From the NCBI GenBank assembly GCA_014251975.1, contig CP059204.1:330001-362000 (forward strand): a stretch of 32,000 bases of DNA. The letters run 5' to 3'. Both the position numbers and the translations under genes were made by a program. Of the stretch, positions 28,239 through 32,000 are shown one piece after another. The number at the start of each line of letters is the position of its first letter. Position 1 is the stretch's first letter. This stretch comes from Blattabacterium cuenoti (GTDB lineage: Bacteria; Bacteroidota; Bacteroidia; Flavobacteriales; Blattabacteriaceae). The notes beneath the pieces were generated by a model. It saw only the letters and a program-made list of their open reading frames with translations, made no database searches and was not told the origin of the DNA.

Positions 28239-29567
28239 ATGAAAGAACTAATTAAAAGGATAAAACAACAGTTCGGTATTATTGGATATGATTATACTTT
28301 ATTAAGAGCTCTAGAAAAAACAATGCAAATTTCACCTACAGATATTTCTGTATTAGTTCTTGGAGAAAGTGGTGTTGGAAAGGAATTTATTCCAAAAATT
28401 ATTCATAAACTTTCTTTCAGAAAACACCATAATTATATATCAGTTAATTGTGGAGCAATCCCCGAGGGAACTATTGATAGTGAATTATTTGGTCATGAAA
28501 AAGGATCTTTTACAGGTGCTATAAATATGAGAAAAGGTTATTTTGAAGTTGCTAATGGTGGTACTATTTTTTTAGATGAAGTAGGAGAATTACCTCTTTC
28601 TACACAAGTTAGATTATTAAGAGTTTTAGAAACTGGAGAGTTTATAAAAGTTGGATCTTCAAAAATTCAAAAAACAAATATACGTATTGTAGCTGCTACT
28701 AGTTTAGATATTATAAAATCTATTAATGAAGGTAAATTTAGAGAAGATTTATATTATAGATTAAATACAGTACAAATAAATATTCCTCCTTTAAGATTAA
28801 GAAAAAACGATATTAAATTCTTATTAAAAAAATTTTCTAATGATTTTTCAGAAAAATATAAAATGCCTCCAATTTCTTTAACAGAAAATTCTTTAAAATA
28901 TTTGGAAGATTATCCCTGGCCTGGGAACATAAGGCAATTAAAAAATTTAATTGAACAAATTTCTGTTGTAGAAACTAATCGTGAAATAAATATTGAAAAA
29001 TTAAAAGAATATGTCCCAAATAATACTCAATTATTATCAATGGATAATAAAACATTAGATGATAATTATAAATTTGGTAAAGAATCTATTTTACACAATT
29101 TGTCTAGAGAAAGAGATTTGATTTACAAAATATTTTTTGATATGAAAAAAAACTTAAATGACTTAAAAAGCATTATATATCAATTAATAAAAAGTTCTAC
29201 AAATATTAGATTTAATAAAGAAACAAAAGAACTAATAAATAAAGTTTTTGGTAAAATAATTACTCACACAACAAATCCTGAAAATATAAATAATAATTGT
29301 GTAAAAAAAGAAAATTCGATTTTTAAATTAGAAAATAATTATTATCTTAATAACAAAAATAGAACTGAAAAACATAATGGATTAGAAGAATGTAACTATA
29401 TAGAAGAATCATCATTTAAAACTTCTTTTTCTTCTTTACAAAAAAGAGAAATAAAGTTTATTAAACAAATTTTAGAAAAAAATAATGGCAAAAGAAAAAA
29501 AACTGCTAAAGATCTTGGTATATCTGAAAGGACTTTATATAGAAAAATTAAACAATATAACTTATAA
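28239..29567 (+). CDS. Sigma-54-dependent transcriptional activator (AAA+ enhancer-binding protein with Fis-type HTH, no N-terminal sensor domain)
   Basis: 442 aa. Walker A GESGVGKE, sigma-54 contact loop GSFTGA (GAFTGA variant), Walker B FLDEVGEL, REDLYYRL, GNIRQLKN, and C-terminal HTH AKDLGISERTLYRKIK. The AAA+ core begins about 20 aa from the N-terminus. Confidence 0.92.
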   Translation: MKELIKRIKQQFGIIGYDYTLLRALEKTMQISPTDISVLVLGESGVGKEFIPKIIHKLSFRKHHNYISVNCGAIPEGTIDSELFGHEKGSFTGAINMRKGYFEVANGGTIFLDEVGELPLSTQVRLLRVLETGEFIKVGSSKIQKTNIRIVAATSLDIIKSINEGKFREDLYYRLNTVQINIPPLRLRKNDIKFLLKKFSNDFSEKYKMPPISLTENSLKYLEDYPWPGNIRQLKNLIEQISVVETNREINIEKLKEYVPNNTQLLSMDNKTLDDNYKFGKESILHNLSRERDLIYKIFFDMKKNLNDLKSIIYQLIKSSTNIRFNKETKELINKVFGKIITHTTNPENINNNCVKKENSIFKLENNYYLNNKNRTEKHNGLEECNYIEESSFKTSFSSLQKREIKFIKQILEKNNGKRKKTAKDLGISERTLYRKIKQYNL

Positions 29568-29636
29568 AAAATAATTTTTACAAATTAAAAAAATAATTTA
29601 ATTTTAACTAAAATTTATTCAAAAAAATTAATAAAA

Positions 29637-29876
29637 TTGTCAATAATATTTATTGTAAGTTTTTTTATTATTATAATGTGTATTATGTTAATATTAGTTG
29701 TTTTAATACAAAATCCAAAAAAAGAAGGTATTAATCAATTATTTGTTGAAGAAAATTTAAATTTTTTTGGTATAAAAAAAACTAATAATTTTTTGGATAA
29801 AATTACTTGGTCTTTATTTTGTGTTATATTTATATTAATTTTAATTTTTAATTTGTTGTTGAAGTTTAGAAAATAA
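29637..29876 (+). CDS. secG: Preprotein translocase subunit SecG (short)
   Basis: 79 aa. It has two hydrophobic segments and the LVVLIQNPKKEG motif typical of SecG. The start is TTG. It sits in the conserved position before groES. Confidence 0.75.
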   Translation: MSIIFIVSFFIIIMCIMLILVVLIQNPKKEGINQLFVEENLNFFGIKKTNNFLDKITWSLFCVIFILILIFNLLLKFRK

Positions 29877-29894
29877 ATATTTAGAAAATAAATA
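29866..29894 (+). repeat. Tandem direct repeat (2 x about 15 nt) spanning the secG stop codon
   Basis: TTAGAAAATAAATA at 29866-29879 is repeated at 29881-29894, separated by one T. The secG TAA (29874-29876) lies in copy 1. Confidence 0.85.
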
Positions 29895-29913
29895 ATGTGC
29901 CTTATTTATATTT

Positions 29914-29929
29914 TGGTATGTTATTAGCT
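29914..29929 (+). promoter_or_regulatory. Candidate sigma-54 (-24/-12) promoter upstream of groES-groEL
   Basis: TGGTATG-TTAT-TAGCT compared with TGGCACG-N4-TTGCW. Both GG and GC are present with exact 12-nt register. It lies about 74 nt upstream of the groES ATG and about 350 nt downstream of the sigma-54 activator gene. Confidence 0.35.
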
Positions 29930-30002
29930 TTTTTAATTAAATTAAAACTATTTAAAATAATTATAATTTTAAAAAAACTAAATTTTAAAAAAACTATTTA
30001 AT

Positions 30003-30281
30003 ATGGTGGAAGTAAATATTAAACCTTTAGCTGATCGTGTACTTATAAAATCTGATCCAGCTGAAACTAAAACAACTTCTGGAATTATTATTCCTGATAC
30101 TGCTAAAGAAAAACCTCAAAAGGGTATTGTAGTAGCAATAGGAAAAGGAAAGAAGAATGAACCTATGATTTTAAAAAAAGGTGATAAAGTGTTATATGGT
30201 AAATATTCTGGTACTGAATTAAAATGGGAAGGTGAAGAATATTTAATAATGAGAGAATCTGATGTTATAGCCATTGTATAA
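30003..30281 (+). CDS. groES: Co-chaperonin GroES
   Basis: 92 aa. [11 protein letters not shown]...TTSGIIIPD mobile-loop region, immediately upstream of groEL. Confidence 0.97.
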   Translation: MVEVNIKPLADRVLIKSDPAETKTTSGIIIPDTAKEKPQKGIVVAIGKGKKNEPMILKKGDKVLYGKYSGTELKWEGEEYLIMRESDVIAIV

Positions 30282-30290
30282 CTTAAATAA

Positions 30291-31964
<1,674 letters not shown>

Positions 31965-32000
31965 AATAATAATTCTACGATTATGTAAAAAAAAAATAGT

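Noticed and set aside
28220-28255. 11-codon upstream mini-ORF (MEISKKNERTN) overlapping the start of the sigma-54 activator gene across an A8 run
   Set aside because: It is too short and AT-rich to distinguish from chance and has no attenuator-like structure around it. A frameshift-fusion model is unnecessary because the activator has its own ATG and a complete N-terminus.

Overview
This window is an extremely AT-rich, very tightly packed stretch of a reduced bacterial genome. G+C was judged by eye, not computed. Protein sequences and gene order point to a Flavobacteriales/Bacteroidota insect endosymbiont, Blattabacterium-like; that assignment is an inference from GroEL, DnaK, the str/S10 operon without tuf, and the miaB / sigma-54 activator / secG / groES-groEL neighbourhood. 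Content is almost entirely core housekeeping. It includes the rpsL-rpsG-fusA-rpsJ-rplC-rplD-rplW ribosomal block, map, gpmI, tsf-rpsB-rpsI-rplM, dnaK, ftsH, rsfS, a birA-like ligase, yidC, pyrG, clpX, obg, adk and lpdA. It also includes a transaldolase-family gene, an orphan 103-aa ORF, ferritin, dapA, an RRM RNA-binding protein, pncB, miaB, a sigma-54 enhancer-binding protein, secG and groES-groEL. I added two features the ORF track misses: a 3'-truncated rplW at the left edge, and a roughly 105-nt SRP (4.5S) RNA hidden under spurious ORFs between pyrG and clpX. I found no tRNA, rRNA, CRISPR array, transposase, phage or defence genes, and no clear novel multi-gene system. The best leads are modest. 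(1) sigma-54-type -24/-12 elements with exact spacing lie in front of both chaperone operons (dnaK and groES-groEL), and the groES one sits just downstream of the only regulator gene in the window, a sensor-domain-less sigma-54 activator. (2) lpdA is an intact ORF whose redox-active CxxxxC and NAD GxGxxG motifs are both broken. (3) Recurrent 12-mers fit Bacteroidota TAnnTTTG -7 promoter boxes. (4) There are long coding homopolymers, several TTG/GTG starts, and overlapping or abutting convergent genes. All functional calls come from my own reading of the translated motifs; no database search was run.
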